A DNA stretch of 63,981 nucleotides, filler included, from Kipferlia bialata (lineage: Eukaryota), in assembly GCA_003568945.1 (NCBI GenBank). It is 6 parts of 6 records of this genome, joined end to end, with 100 filler letters (N's around TTAATTAATTAA, not from the genome) between each part and the next. Parts side by side here need not be neighbours in the genome. Positions count along the whole stretch, not along the records: positions 24,003 to 35,897 come from BDIP01001165.1; positions 35,998 to 47,886 come from BDIP01001166.1; 4 more parts are not named here. The stretch is one strand, 5' to 3'. A model generated the notes under the pieces. It saw nothing but the letters and a program-made list of their open reading frames with translations. It was not told the origin of the DNA and searched no databases. Shown one piece after another: positions 24,782-40,000 of the stretch. Each line of letters begins with the position of its first letter. Position 1 is the stretch's first letter. The position numbers and the translations under genes were made by a program.

Positions 24782-27700
24782 GTGTGTTGGGTGATTGAGG
24801 GCGGTATGTCTGGGATCACTTCCTTTCAGAAGACAGTGTATGTCTCTGCGCCGCCCCTTCCGAAGCCCACAGTGACGTTCCTCAAGAGGCTTCTGGGGTA
24901 CATGGACTCCAGTGGGGTCATCCCTCTCCTACAGGTATCAGTAATTCCAGACTATGGTGGGGTGGGGAGGACTCTATATATCCACTCCTTTCTCATCTTC
25001 TGGATTACCATGGCACACCGTCACCATGTGCTACGGACTTTAAGGGTATACCCCCACCCCTTTCTCCCCCCTCTTTATTGTACACCGAGACCTCTAGGGG
25101 TCTCTCTCTCTCTGACCCCCAGCCTGTGTCATGTCCAGCAGAGAGTGACACCCTGATACTGGAGCCCCCCCCCCCAGTGGGAGCAAAGGTATCGCCTGCT
25201 ATATCTTGTATAATCAGTGTAATCCCCCCCCCCCCTCTCTCGCTCTCTCTTGGACCAACATGGATTACATATAGTGAACAATGCCTATTGAGCAATGTCA
25301 CAGTCTCTGATGTGTGTCTGATGTGTGTCTCATCCTCAGCGGAAGCATCTCCATGTCGACATGCTCCTCAGAACACTCCAGGTGGGTGGGGGCGCCGGTG
25401 TCCTAATAGTATCAGTATCACGTCGCTATGAGTATGAGTATCAGCATCGCCCTTCCTCCCCCCCAGCAGTGCCTGGTAGCCCTACTCAATGGTCAGGGAG
25501 GCATAGCTGTGATTGGACTCAGACCCGGACCTGAGGAGTACGCATGCCCTGATATAGCATGTATATATATTTATTATGTATACATATTCTGATATTCTCT
25601 ATGCCATCTATCATATAGATACTGATCTATGTTCTTCTGCCATCTCTGGAATCTATAGCGTCTTCAATGTGTATTTGTAGATGTTGGTATAGTGATATAT
25701 GTTGATATATATAGTTGTTATCCTATCTTTACTATTACTGGTATGTTTTGTATATGTTTTGTATATGTTGTGTATATTGTTTTACATAATACTATATACT
25801 ATACACATAGACACCTAATTTGTATATACATAGACACCTAACTGATGAAGGCGAGACCTGGGAGACGGCCTTGTTACTCTTCACACAAGACTGGATCTCC
25901 GAGAGGTACGGTAGACGCCATGGTGGGGACTTCTTTCTATCTATCTATCTATATATCTATCTATCTATCTATCAATCTATATATCTATCTATCTATCTAT
26001 ATCTATCCATATCTATCTATCTATCTGTCTATCTATATCTATATATATCTATATCTGTCTTTCTGGACTGACCCCAGGTGTGGGGCACCACCGTAGACAG
26101 TGTGGGACTCGACCACATTGTCACATCCTTGGGTGAGTCACATTGGATATTGGATACTGGGGCATAGTTACACAGACGGCATATAACCCACACCGATTTG
26201 TTGGTTTTGGGTATCCGTTGACCCCAAAACAGTGTGGGTTTTTCCTGTATCTGACTGTCAGGTGTGTACTGTGGAGCATGTACACCCACTCCTCCGCCTG
26301 GCTCATACACAATCACCAATGTGCCGCTGAAGGAGGTAATTGCATCCGTTTCCTACCCCCTACCCCCTTCTCTGTCTACCCTCAGCTGAGAGAGGACCCC
26401 AGCCACGATCTCAGCTCCACCCAGATGAAACTGCTGCTAGGTGCCGTAGGCCTGAGTGGGGTGAGTGCGACTTCTAAGCCATAACTGCCACTGTATATAC
26501 GCCATGGCATGTGTGTCACAGTGGCTGGGTGTGTATCTGTATGTCCCCGACATGGTCTAGGTGTCTCAGCTGTGACCCCAGGAGTCCCTTGACTCCGACC
26601 CCCATGCCTCCGATGCCTCTCTGGTCATACTCAGGGTGATGCAGAGGGTCACACCGGAGTTCAGGTGAGGACAGGGGTGGTATCTCTGTCTGCATCTACA
26701 TCCCTGCCTCTGTTGGCTCCTCCCCCTAGGGTCCAGGCCCCTGATGGCATGGTGTGGGTCAGAGACGCAGGGGTCACCAGGGCGGAGTCCAGTGCACTAA
26801 GGACACCACTCCAGCAGAGGTATCAGGGTCAGAATCATCATATTATACGTGCTATCTGACACTAACTATCTCAGACTATCTACACTGGCTGAAGAGCAAA
26901 GAGTCCTTGAGCGACTGAAGCAATGCAGAATTCAGGTATAGTCTCATAATATTGGAGACCACTGTCACTGATTATCACCAACTGCTTGTCAATATCACTT
27001 CCCCCCATGGTGTGACCAAGTAGTATTGTTTCATTCCTGCATACCCGATAGTCACCGGCAGAGTATGGAGGAAGAGGCGGAGAGAGAGCTGGAGCGAGAC
27101 TCCGTTCCGACTGGTGGTTCAGGTGGTTGCACGGATGTCGGTACGGATAGTTGTGCAGTGTATAGTAGGGATAGCGTTGAAGGGCAAGGGGAAGAAGACA
27201 TAGCGGCCCAGATAGCCGCACTCTTTGAGGGTGACATAGATACAGACACAGACATAGTCATGGAAACCGATGATGACAAGGCACTTCCTAAGGCAGCGCC
27301 TATGTTTGGCCCTAACGATGGGACGGAGACCACAGACGTAGGCATGCCTGGCCAGGTGTATGCTGAAGATGTCGACAGGGAGGAGGGGATAGGCCCAGAC
27401 CAGAGGGTGTATGAATCCCTGAAGGTAGCAGATCGTTCCCTACCGCTACTTTGTGCCTCACGCTGCCTGTTTATAGTGCCCTCATTTATATCTACATATG
27501 TGACCCCATGAATATGTGGCCCTCACCCTACAGGAGAGCCTGGCCAGCAGACTCCCCCAGAGCCTTACATCGGAGGTTGGCCAGGAGGCCCTGAGGTGCG
27601 CCTCCACCCCCAACCCTCCGTCTCTTGCTTATAGTCCCAGTTCCCACTATCATATCCCCAAGTATTCTGTTACCAGGCGTTGGAGTCTAAGTATTCTGTT

Positions 27701-30700
27701 AATGCTATGTTATCCTTACCCTCTAGAATCCTGGCCAGGGCTGAGAGAGAGGCCGAGAGCAGAGGCAGGGCGGGTGAGTCAATGAGTCAGTGAGTCATTG
27801 ACCGTGACGCACTACTGTATATTGGAATAATCCACCCACTGCAGGAGTCTTCTCCAAACAAGGTGTATCTGCCACCAGAGGGGTGTGTAGGGCGGTGTTT
27901 CGGCACCCTGTAACCGTTCTCGAGGCCCCTACAGGTGCGGCATTGGGTGATGATGATGGTGTGGGTAGTGATGGTGGGAGGAGTGCAGTATGCTTGGATC
28001 CATAATGAGATGGTAATTCTTGTAGTGCAATATTATCATTCTTGTAGTGTGATATTGTAATGGGGTTCTCTCTGGCTGAATACTGGGGTGTCTACATTCC
28101 TGCGTCCCTGACTAGTTAGGGTCCGGCAAGAGCACCCAGATCCCCCTAGCCCTGATGCGAGCATTGCGGCAGGGGGGCAGGTCGACCCCCCTCATCCTGG
28201 TCGCCCAGCAGCGCAGACTGCCCACAATGCAGCTGGCCAGGTGCGTGCATGGAGTAGAGAGTAGATGGAGTGTCGGTTGTGTTCGGCAGTATCTGCGGAT
28301 TCAGTGCCGCGCGTGATGAATTATTCGTCATCCGTCCTTCCTACATGGATAGTGTAGTCTCATGTCCCAGGTATGTGGCCTCCCAGGTGGGTTGCCCCCT
28401 AGGTAGCACAGTTGGATACCATGTGGGTGGGAAGGGCCGGTACACAGCAGGTGTCACCCGCATAGTCTACTGCACCTGTGGGGTCCTGACTAGGTATATC
28501 AAGCGTGTGCTTGGATATACACAGTACCCCTTCTCCATACAGCAGTATTATATCCCACCACTACCGCCAGGCTCCTGTCCGGTCTGATCTCTGGGGTGCT
28601 GAGGGGCGGCAGTGCCAAGGCCAGAGAGGCCAGGGAGAGGCAGTATGCCCTGGACGAGGAGGAGGTCTCGGAGGAGGAGGAGGGACACGCAGAGGGGGAG
28701 GGTGATAGTGATGTGGATAGTGAGACAGGTCTGCGCCCAAGAGGTGAGAGAAGGGCACTCTTGACTATAACATATATCATATATATAACATATAACATAT
28801 ATATAACATATATCAAATATATAACATATATATAACAAATATATATAGCATACGGCCGTGAGGATTGTCTACAGGCAAGCCCATCATTATATAGTCTATG
28901 GGTTCTATTGATATTTGCAGTGCCTAGTACCCACCCCAGCCTACCCCCTACCCTTTGAGCAGGACACTGAGGCAGGGGGGGCCGGTGGGACGCACATCCA
29001 CGGGACTGTGCCGGGGGGGGAGTACGCCCTGCCCCTAGGTGTACCGGATGTGGTTATCCTAGACGAGGTTAGGGGGGTTGACATATCACTGGGTAGCGGA
29101 GGTGTGGCCTCTCACGTCTCTCTCACGTGTAGGTGCATGAGCGGACTGTCGACACTGACGTGTGCCTGGCCCTGTGCCACAGACTGACGGCCCTGACACC
29201 CACAAGGGTACGGCTGGCGCAGATATCAACACCTCAGTGCCGGTTGTCTCATCCCTGCCACCTATATATAGATAGATACATATATATATATATTTATATT
29301 TATACATATATGTACCCATGCAGCGTGATATTTATGTGTATGTGTATATGTTTCTGTCTATGTCTACATCGCCTCTCCCTGTCCATGCCTCGTGCCCCCA
29401 CCCCAGGTTGTGCTCATGAGTGCCACACCATGCCATGAGGTGGAGGGGTACTTCGCAGGTGGTGGGCAGGGTGGTTGTCAGCGTCACTATAAGTATCAGT
29501 GTCAGTATCAGTGCCAGTGTCAGTGTCGGTGAGCCTCTTCTCTCCATATCCATGCACCCTCACCCCAGGGCCCAGTGGAGACGTGGATGTCATAGATGCA
29601 GAGGCAGCGCCTGACCCCCAGCCGTTCTCAGGTACCATGCTGTCGACACAATGGTAGTCCGTGTATACGAATATGCATGTATGTGTATATACACTATGTC
29701 TCCCCCCTGACCCATCCCCTGCCAGAGTTGCCCGGGTGTCTCTGGGGTCACGCACACACACCCTCACGCACCTCTACTCTGACGATGCTCCAGTCAGAGA
29801 CTATCTCGACAGGTACTGAGCAGTCTGTGTTAGTCGCATCAACGTTGAGAAACATCACTTCTATATGTATTCATACTGATATCCCAGGGCAAGTAGAGGG
29901 GAATACTTCACAAGGAAGTGTGAAGCAGTGGACCAATTACCCAAGGTATCGAATTGGTAGCTGTTACGTCAATATGTATGTTGTCTTTAGGATCTATACT
30001 CTGCTGACTCCACAGTTACCAGTCTCAATAGACTTCCGTATGCCCTGTGACTCCGTGCCGGACACGGCCTCTCTCTCGTCCACCCTCGTGCCGCCCGGAT
30101 TTACTCCCATCTCTGCCAGCGATGCATATACGCATACGCCTACCCATACCGATGGCGCAGCGTCTGAGAGTGCCCTGCATGACCACCCCTGTCCAGTGCC
30201 GAATGAGTACGAGGTGCCCTCTGAGTATGAGGTGCCCCAGGCTGTGTGCAGAGCGGCATTCCTGATGGTCAGGTATAGGGCTGTCCCTTAGATACACTGT
30301 ATGGGACCTGTTATCAAGGCATCATTACATCTGGGCACTGCCTGATATCAGGGACATTGCACTGAACCAGTCAACTCTACCAATTGTTCGTGACAAGGAG
30401 ATTGTCCCAAGAGGTGTTCTCATCTTTTGTGGAGGAATTGCCCGGATTCAAAAGGTACCCTTCTAGGTTTCATTAGATCTAGTATGGTTCTTAGCTATCC
30501 AGTTGATGCTTGGTACTTCCCCCAGTTTGCAGAGTGGTTGTCTCACCCCGCTCTGGCTCCTCTGGTGCATGTCTGTCCCCTCCACTCCATACTCAGCGAC
30601 GCCACACAGGTACACGCACATACTGCTATATACATGTACAGAGGGTGTTCTTGTGGTGACTGGAATATATATATATGTGTCGATCCCCCTCACTGCCAGG

Positions 30701-33700
30701 CTGCCGTCATGCTACCCGTGCCCAAGGGCACACTCAAGGTATGGGGTACATGTCTCAGCATGAGTATCATCATCAGCATCAGCATGAGCATCAGCATAGT
30801 CCTACATCAGGTTGTCCTCTCCACAGGCCTAGCCGAGACATCCATCACCATACCCGGCATTGATGTGGTGCTGGACCTGTGTGTCACCCACGACACCCAC
30901 TACATACCACTCATCAGACGCGACATACTCAGTGAATGTATCATTGCAAGGTACATGATGGGTGACTGATCTGTCAACGTGATGTATATTGTATACATAC
31001 ATCTCCCATATACTCTCTCTAACGGTAGAGATACTCTGCTACAGAGGGCCGGACGGGTAGGCCGCGTCAGACCAGGTTATATACACATGTGTGTGTAGAT
31101 AGAGTGTTCTTTGACTGTTATCCACATGGTATCATGTAAAGAAATTGTATACTAATACTCTACATATGTATATTTATCACTATGTATGATGGAAACCCAT
31201 TGACGCCGGAGGGTGTCCCTTACCCTGTGGACAGCCTCCGTGACATGTGTAGGGTGTAGCCAGATACTCGCATGGTATCCGTACCCCTAATAGTATTAGG
31301 CTAATACCAGGCCTTGCTGTATCCTTTGTAGACAAGGACGCCCCGTTGCGTAGGCATCTGGTACCTGAGGTCAAGGTGTGGATACCGATGTTCGATGTGC
31401 CTTCTGTCTATAGTCTCATGGTATGCATCTTGTGCATAGTCTCATAGTCTCTGATCTGCCCCCAGAGACACAGCCTGTCGGGCCTAGTGTTGATGACAGT
31501 GGCACTAGGGATGCCAGACATTGTGAGGTGGGGTGGGGTGGGATACGGGCACCCATATATGTATATACATGTAGTGCTTGGTGTGACACACATGCACCCC
31601 CACCCATACTCCCAGGTCGATGCCGTCTCGTGTCTCGAGGGGTGTATTACAGGAGGCCATGACCTCACTGGCACACAGCTCAGTGGTGGTAGGTGGGTGG
31701 GAGGGTGTATACACAGGGTACACGTGACAGTGATGAGTCGTAGCCCAGTGCCCACTCACACGTATTCATTTATATCTATATATACAGTACAGACTTTGTG
31801 TTTAACCATCCAGCCAGACCTCTGGGCGGACATGCCTTAGTACCCTATGGGGCGAGCATTGCCTCTCTCCCCACTGGGATTCACTCCGCAGCACTGGTAC
31901 TCAGGTGGGACAAGACTATATAGTATATGGACGCTATCTATGGGGAGGAAATCGTTGCGGTTGGTCATTTGTATGTGTACACGATGGTCTATACAATGCT
32001 GGGGGACTCACAGCCTGATGCTGATATTGCCTCTGACTGTCAGGTGTGCTGCTGTGGGTCTGTCTGCCATGGGCTGTGTACTAGCAGTCCTGGCCGAGGG
32101 AAGGTTCTCGCCATTCGCAGTAGAGATCGGAAACACAGTCCAGGTATGCATTTCTTATGTATTGGCATGTGTATATATATGCTGTTTGTCTATCAGTCAA
32201 TCCTTTCCTAATAGCCAACATATCTCTGTCACATGTATGTGCAAGTTGATCATAACTAATGACAGGTGGCCTGTGCGAGACGTAGCTTTGCATACCAGAC
32301 ACGGTCAGACCTGGTGGCAGGTACATTATGTATATTATATTATATGTGTTTTATATAGGGCTGTTGACATACATTGTATGTCCCAGCATAGTGTAGTGTG
32401 TCACGGCCACTGACGCTAGGGTACAATGCATATGTCTTTTGGTTGCGTAACCGCCAAGTGTATAGCCAACAACATATGTATCAGTATCAGCATGAGGGTG
32501 CATACCCCGTGTCAAAGGGTGGCAGGCATCCTGCCAGTAAGACCCCTGACACAGAGAGTGAGACAGAGAGTGCGTGGGTGCTGAGTCACGGCCTGTGCTA
32601 CCTGGGTCTGACCCAGGTCCATGATGCCGCACAGATGCTGCAGGGCAGGTGGGGTCGGGGGCTGCGGTGGATACACTGTATACATGTTGTGGGTCTTACC
32701 AACCATACCTTCTCCGTCCCATCCAAAGAAGCAACATAGATACTGATACTGATACTTATACCTGACTCCAGCCTGGCGTATATGGGGATGGCCCCATTCC
32801 CTAAGCGGAGACTAGTGTCTGAGGTAGAGGGCGAGGGCGAGGGCGAGGGAGAGGGCGAGGGTGCCTGTGGCACAGGTGACATCGGTATGGACCAGGGCAA
32901 GGTGTCCGGTGCCATGGAGCACGAGGATACACGGGTATCTACACTGTAATCATATGTGTAGTTGGAAATGACAAGGGATGTCCATGTGTCTGCCGTGTCC
33001 ATGACAACTACACCCCTGACACCCAGGACCTTCCCTGTCGTGACCCCCTTGACCTGCCGTGCTATGCCCCCCATCTGTGTGAGACGTCTCTCCCCTACCT
33101 ACACGGACCCCTGGCTGAGGCGGTGCTACTGCTATGGGCCCTGAGCAGTGCCAGGTGGGGGATGGTGTTACTCTCTTTTACTGGTAATGCTTTCCATCAT
33201 TGTAGTATGATAGTCAATATTCACTACACCCTGTAGCGACTCCCCCTGTCTAACCTCTAGGTATCTGTGTGAGGTCCACCCGTCCACCAAGGCATTCCCC
33301 TCTCCTGCTGTTAGGGGGGCAGCAGAAAGGGCTGATACTGATACTGCCCTCCATGATGCTGATACTGGTACTGGTACTGAGCCCAGTAGTGCCAGTGTGG
33401 GTGTGCTGGAGGGACCAACAGAGAGGTGGGGTGGAGTGGTTGTATACTGTATCCCTCTTGCAGAGTCATGCCTCTATCCCCCTTGGTGCTGATCCCCTTG
33501 CCTATCCCCTTACTATGTAGGTATGCCACCGGGTCCTTGGGGGACAGGCTTCGTGTCCAGCTGGGCCCAGGGCTCAGTGAGGGTGTGGGTCTGTATCCCG
33601 TCAGGGGCAGGACCCAGCAGGGTGAGTCGCAGGGATTGGTGGACGCTGTCGACTAGTGACTGTGTTGCACACACATATGTATTCTGTCATGATGAGTAGC

Positions 33701-35528
33701 ATGGCGTCTGCCTATGTCCTTATGTCCTTATGTCCTTATGTCCTTATGTCCTTATGTCCTTATGACCAGGATCGCACTCCTTCGTGGCTGTTGTGGACCC
33801 CCGCCCCCCTCCTCCAGCTGACCCCCCCTACCCCTGTGCCCCAGCTCTGTTGCACTTACAGGCAGCCCAGACATCTAGGTGGGGACTCTACACTCTACAC
33901 TCTAGGCTCTACACTCTAGACTCTAGACTGTTGTCTGTAGACTCTTGTTGAGCAAGTCGCTGATGTGTATTCTATCACATTGGCACTGACATCAGACAGC
34001 CCTCTGCGTATGCTCTGCCTGCCTCGCGTCTGCTGCTGGCATGTCATATGGACAGTATGCATATGGAGGAGGGACAGGGGCAGAGGGTGGATGGCCCTCC
34101 CGGCAAGCACCCCCCCTCTCCCACCCCCACCTGCATGATGGCCCCTCCCTCGGTGGTGCCCCTCTTCCCAGGGGCATACCCTCTCCCCAAGTGCGGCTGG
34201 GTTGTCTTGCTTACGTGTATATACGTGTATATATAGTCTGCTGATCTTGTCCTAGTCTTGACACTCTGAAGCCCAAGTATATCCGAGATCCATCTCTCTC
34301 TGCTTCTCTCGCTCTCTCTCGCTCTCTCTCTCTATATATATATATATGTGTGTGTGTTTCTCTCTCTTACCCCAAGAGACCCGAGGGACACTCCAGTCAT
34401 AGAGCGCAGCAGTACCGTTTTGCCTCTAGGTAAGCAAAACACTCACACTGTATTCCTGGTTGCACCAAACGGTTAATTAGTGGTTGATCGTCTTGAGTAC
34501 AAAAGTGTACCAATCCCCTCTCCATCCCATTCCAGTCCATGCCAACCTGGGGTGCCTGGTGGTGCCTAGCAAGGTGGTTTGCAAGGAAGGTGGGTGGACG
34601 TGACTGCTGTCATCGGTGGCATAGGGGGATGTGGTATAGGGGGGGGGGGGATGTGGCGATGTGGTACCATCCATTGTGTTCTATATGACCATCCTCATAT
34701 CTATTCTGACACTCCCTCCCCCCAGCCTGTGTCCCTGTGTGCCACGCCCCCTCCCTACTGTCTAGCAGGGTCTCCCAGGCAGTGGTGTACATGCTGAGGA
34801 GGCAGGAGGGGAGGTGAGGGCAGGCAGACGGCAGAGCCGCTTTCCGGTTATCAGTCAGTGCTTTATCAACCCAGTGTTGGTGTGGTTACCAGTATGCATC
34901 GGTCTTTCATTTTTGCTCATGTCCCAACCCCAGCTCTGGGTCCACCCTGTCGTCAGGCAGCATCCAGGTGTCATTCAGCCCAGCTGCTGATGGGTTTACA
35001 GGCCATCCTAGGTATGGGAGGGTGTGCATAGATGGGTAGGTACTCATAGTCCCCATCTCACTTGTCAGAACGTGGATAGGAGGACCTGCGCAGTGCAAGC
35101 GCCTGGAGATTGCAAGGTATACGGATATATATATATATAGAGAGAGAGAGAAGTGGGGTACAAGGGGTATAGGGTGAGACCTGGTTCAGCCACAGTGTAT
35201 CTATGTCGCTCACTTACCCCCTCAGACGTGTTGTGAGCGCTGGTCTCAGGGCGGTGACAGAGACAGTCTTTGACGCTAGTGCCCTGGGAGGGGGGGACTC
35301 TGGGAAGGGCCTCTCCCACAAGGCAGCAGTCGAGGCACACCTATCACGCGTAGACACACAGATACAGGTGTGTAGAGAGAGAGAGGGCTGGTCCATTGTC
35401 AGCCAATCCATTCCACATACTATATGGGCACTCTAACACAGGTGTTGGCAGCAGAGCACAAGATACCTGAGGTGACAGGCAGGGACGCAGTGTATAGAGC
35501 ACTTATAGCTGCATTGTCCCATGGCTGA
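24782..35528 (+). CDS. Large DExH/DEAH-box RNA helicase (HrpA/DHX clan) with long N- and C-terminal extensions; start uncertain
   Basis: Spliced motifs: VTVLEAPTGSGKSTQIP (about 27910-28146), VAQQRRLPTMQLARYVA, VGYHVG, RIVYCTCGVL, VVILDEVHER, VVLMSAT, VLIFCGG, PLHS, VVLSTGLAETSITIPGIDVVLDLC, QRAGRVGRVRPG. Exons are phase-consistent from about 26730 into motif I. Stop TGA 35526-35528. Confidence 0.85.
25936..26057. repeat. Intronic (CTAT)n/(CTATAT)n microsatellite
   Basis: Read directly. Confidence 0.9.
33713..33764. repeat. Intronic 8-bp tandem repeat (TATGTCCT) about x6
   Basis: Read directly. Confidence 0.9.
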
Positions 35529-35897
35529 ATGGTCAGGGGAATTGAGGACACGATCCTGCCAATGAGGCAAGAGTACGGCCAGATAGGCTGTATATGTACT
35601 GTATATCGCTCTATTCAACAGGCGGTCAACGCATAGAGGACCCGTGATCCCAGTCTGAGTACACTGTTCTCAGTGTAGTGCCAGCATGGGTGCAGGGCCA
35701 GTCTGAGTGGGCCTTGACATAGGGGCCTGTACCCTGCGTCTGAAATTGTGACGCCGATGGAGAGAACATAGGACCTCTCTGTTGACCACTCCTCACCTTG
35801 GTGAAATGTGGACGCATTGTTGCATGCTCAGTTAGTGGAGTATCGAAGCGAGTGGAATAGATTGAGGGTGTGGAGGAAAAACTCTCATAAACAATGT

Positions 35898-35997
35898 NNN
35901 NNNNNNNNNNNNNNNNNNNNNNNNNNNNNNNNNNNNNNNNNTTAATTAATTAANNNNNNNNNNNNNNNNNNNNNNNNNNNNNNNNNNNNNNNNNNNN
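35898..35997. other. Artificial contig linker
   Basis: N44-TTAATTAATTAA-N44. Confidence 0.98.
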
Positions 35998-37008
35998 TCG
36001 AAGGAGAGGCAGGCCCTGCTTGGGTGCCGTGTGCCCCAGCTGTTGAGGGCAGCACAGACACCATCACACACTCTACTGTGCTATAGGTGGCGTCTCTACT
36101 GTAATGGTCTATGCCTATACAGTCGGCGTGGCATCTTTGGTGACAACGTGTAAACAGTACGTTGGACTGTATACTCTACAGAATGGTTCGTCCTCCACTA
36201 AGTTGGTCACAGAATCACCTGGTTCAGTTGCGTCTAGTGGTTACTGTCATGGCACACCCATACTGGGTGACCCATCAGTGATGGGCCATCACCTCACATG
36301 CCACGACAGATGTCACGCAACAATTAGTGAATGGCCAGTTCATCAAAACGAGATATTTCAACACTCTAAGGCCATATGCTATTATATATATTGTGTGTAT
36401 GGGAAGACCCCAATGAGACGATCAACGCTAGCTTCAGGAACTTTCATAAGTCTTAGCTAGTGTGTGAGACGAAGCGGGGGGACTTATTCATCACTACTTG
36501 AAGGGAGACGTTGCAAATAGCCTCGAGGTCAATTCTTCGCAGATGTCACCATTTGACTCTGCACCAGGTGACCCTAGTTCCAGGGGTTGTGACGTCGTGA
36601 TAAACACGGTCGCGCCGTTCCCCACCCCTTGTTTACTTCTACTACACAAAATACGGCGTACAAAGAGCAGTACAGATGGATCGGATAACTCCATCAGTGG
36701 GAGAAGAATGAAAAAAAGACCAACAACCCTTACCAAGACCTGTATGGGATAGAATGTGTGATATTTCAGTAGTGCCTGGATAATATATGTATTTTGCGTG
36801 AATTCTCAATGGAGTTTGAACAATGACCGAAACACAGTTTCTACTCAAACACTGAACAGACACCTGCCCTGGAAATACTAATGGGCATGTGTGGGCATAT
36901 GATACATGATACATAATGGATAATCACTCCGAAAATCGACTATCATTGGAGCCAGCAAGACCGACTCCAGCAATTTGGATCCCCCAAAAAGGATAGAGAT
37001 CCCATATC

Positions 37009-40000
37009 CTATAGAAGATGATCTCTGCCTAGCTCTAGTGCAATGCGCTTAGGGGGGCGGGACCTAGAGTCAATGGTAATGGGGTCACATGATGACTATC
37101 CACGAGAATTCACGCAGAACTGTATTTGTACAACAGTTTAGTAGTACATATATGAACAGACCCCCACCTGCACGTGTGGGGTAGACCCAGTCCCACCCAT
37201 GCCTCATCAGAGAGGGGCAGGGAGGGGGAGGCACCTAGGGACAGGAGGCCGGAGACATACTGGGGGTGAGGGACACGTCAAAAACACATGATATAATGAT
37301 ATGCATACACCCATACCTCACTGTCCTCTGTGACTATGGCTGTAGTCAGTGCCGTGCACAGGGCATGGGAGAGAGAGGGGTCAGCGGCAACGTCCTCCCT
37401 GGTCAGCCCCTGTCCCATGACATGCGTCATCAGGGGTAGACCAAGGGTGGGGGGGAGGGTGGTTACTATCACTGAGGCATAGGGGAGAACAGGGGGGGGC
37501 TTGGACCTGGTTCCACTAGGGGTGGAGGTGGGGCGAGAGGGAGAGGAGGGGAGGGTGAATGGGGACGTCAAGGTGTCGCCACCCCTCTCTCCCTCTGCAC
37601 CTGCCTGTACTGACACCGATGGCTGGTATAGCAGGAAGGGACTGTCAGCCAGAGAGGCAGAGAGTGTAGGGGGGTCTCTCTGGCATATCTCGCAGGATGC
37701 CGCAGCAGCTATGTACTCTGTCAGCTCCCTGACCCCGGCCTCTGTCTCTGTCTCATACCCCTGTGTGTACAGACCCCCTGCCTCGGCCTCACCCTCTGCC
37801 TCACCCACCCCCAGGGCTGTATACAGCATGGGAAGGGCAGGGGGGAGGGGCCTAGTTGGGTCACTCACTCTACAGTCACCACCCCCTCTAGCCCTCTGCA
37901 CTACACCCCTTGCCCTCCCTACTGCTGGGTGTCTGGGGCCTAGGTCTGTGACAAGGCCTGCCAGACAGGCAGCTATGCAGGAGAGGGCGGGGGAGGAGGG
38001 GGAGAGACCACCAGGTGACATGGCAGGTGTGTCCTCTACCCCAGCTATACCCTGGTATGTGCCATCACTAGTGGTGTCACCTGCACCTTCACCCCACAAG
38101 CACTGTAGATACACACCAGTCAGTGCCCCAATACACTTGGCAGGACCGAACCCCTGCACTGCATAGTCGAGTATGCACTGACAGACAGCGGCAGAGGCAG
38201 AGGCAGGGTCGGGGGTGGGGTGGGGGGGTGATAGGAGGACGGCCAGGGAGAGAGAGTGACACAAGGCATCCAGTGAGATGGAGCCATGTCTGTCTCTAAC
38301 ACCATGGCCAGTGGACACACTCCGCCTAGCTACTCCCTGTCTGTGACCCCTGGCCTGTGTCTGTGTCCTACTTGACCCTCTGTCCATATCAACATCCATG
38401 TCCATATCCATGTCTACATCTGTCTCTGCCTTAGCAGCATCGAGTACCATGCCCACCCACTCCAGCCTCTCTCTCTCCCCTCCCCCTCCCCTCACCACTG
38501 CCAGGTCCAGCACAGTCTGACAGGGCAGGGGGAGGGGGGGAGGGGGAGGGAGGAGACCCCCTGAGGGGTATACAGCAGGCTGTCTCTGGTCAGGTGATGC
38601 ATGGTCTGTATCAATGCGACCCCCCACCCTGACCCCCTCGGATAGTAGCACTCTGCCACACTCCACTCTGCCTGGGGGTGGGTATGGGGTGTAGAGACAC
38701 ACGCATGATCATGAAGGCATACGATACATATATACACACTATACACCCACCTAGCAGACATGCCAGAGACAGGGCAGACAGAGGGGTGTGTACACCCTCC
38801 CCCTCTCCAGACCCATGTGTCACACGGGTATGCATCACCCTATGCAACAGGGATTCCTCTCTCCCTGCTGCCCCCTGCGCCCTGCAGTGCTGCAGTACTA
38901 GGGACAGACACACATCCCTACCTGGGGGTGGGGGCGGGAGAGAAAGGGAATATAACGGCGTGCTAGCGATCATCCAAACACACATGCGTATATGTATTCA
39001 TGGAATGGGTTCTATCCATGAGCGGTCAATATATCAATCTGTAAACCATTACTAAACATATCCACCCCGATACCTGTGTGTATGCAGGTGTGCACCAGGG
39101 CTGGTGTCATCACCCTGTTGAGGTGGGTGTGGGTGTACTCTGAGTCCAGCAGCACCTGCAGCCACTCTGTCTGGTTGTGATACACAGCCACATCAAGTAG
39201 AGATGGCCCAGGGGGGGAGGGGGGAGGGGGGAGAGGGAGAGTGGCGGCCAGGGAGGGAGAGGCCACGGCCAGCAGACACCTACCCCTCCCTATGCATGCA
39301 GGCCCTGCCCTGACAGCATGGTAGAGGGCTGTGTGGCCTTGATTGTCTGGGGCATCCACCTCTGCACCTCTAACAACCAGACTACACACCACGGCATCCA
39401 TCACATCTATGGCAGTGTCATCAGTGGCACCCCCTCTGTGTGTACCATGTGCACTGCCACTGACACTCTGCATGGCATGGTGTAGGGCAGTCATGCCCAG
39501 GGGGTCGGTGTCGGTCACACACACACCCTCGCCCTCTCCATCACCCATGTCTAACAGGGCCAGGGCACAGTCGCCATTGCCTGGAGGTGAGGAGGCACTG
39601 GTACCTATATCCATCATTCTAAGTCTATCACCATGTACATAATCCACTCTCCCCCCACCTGTCTGTATAGCATGCATCAGAGGTGTGAGGCCTGCCTGAC
39701 TCCTGGTGGATAGGAGGGAGGGGTGTGATGCCACCTCCTGGCACATCAGCGACACAGAGCCTGGAGGGTCAGGGAGATCATGATGTATAGAGACATAGAC
39801 AGACACTATTACAACCATAGACCATAGGCATTCCCACCTGCCGATATGCACCGGAATAGCATGTCTCTCTCCCCATGTATAGACTGCAATGCATCCCCTG
39901 TCTGGCTGGATAGCATGTCACATGACCCAGTCACAGTGGTGGAGGCAGGCCCTAGCACACTGGCCATCTCTATCTGCGGCACAGACACAGCCATGGACCT

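Noticed and set aside
36100..37000. Compositionally distinct region with short ORFs, possible transposon or pseudogene remnant
   Set aside because: No recognisable motif, terminal repeat or consistent frame.
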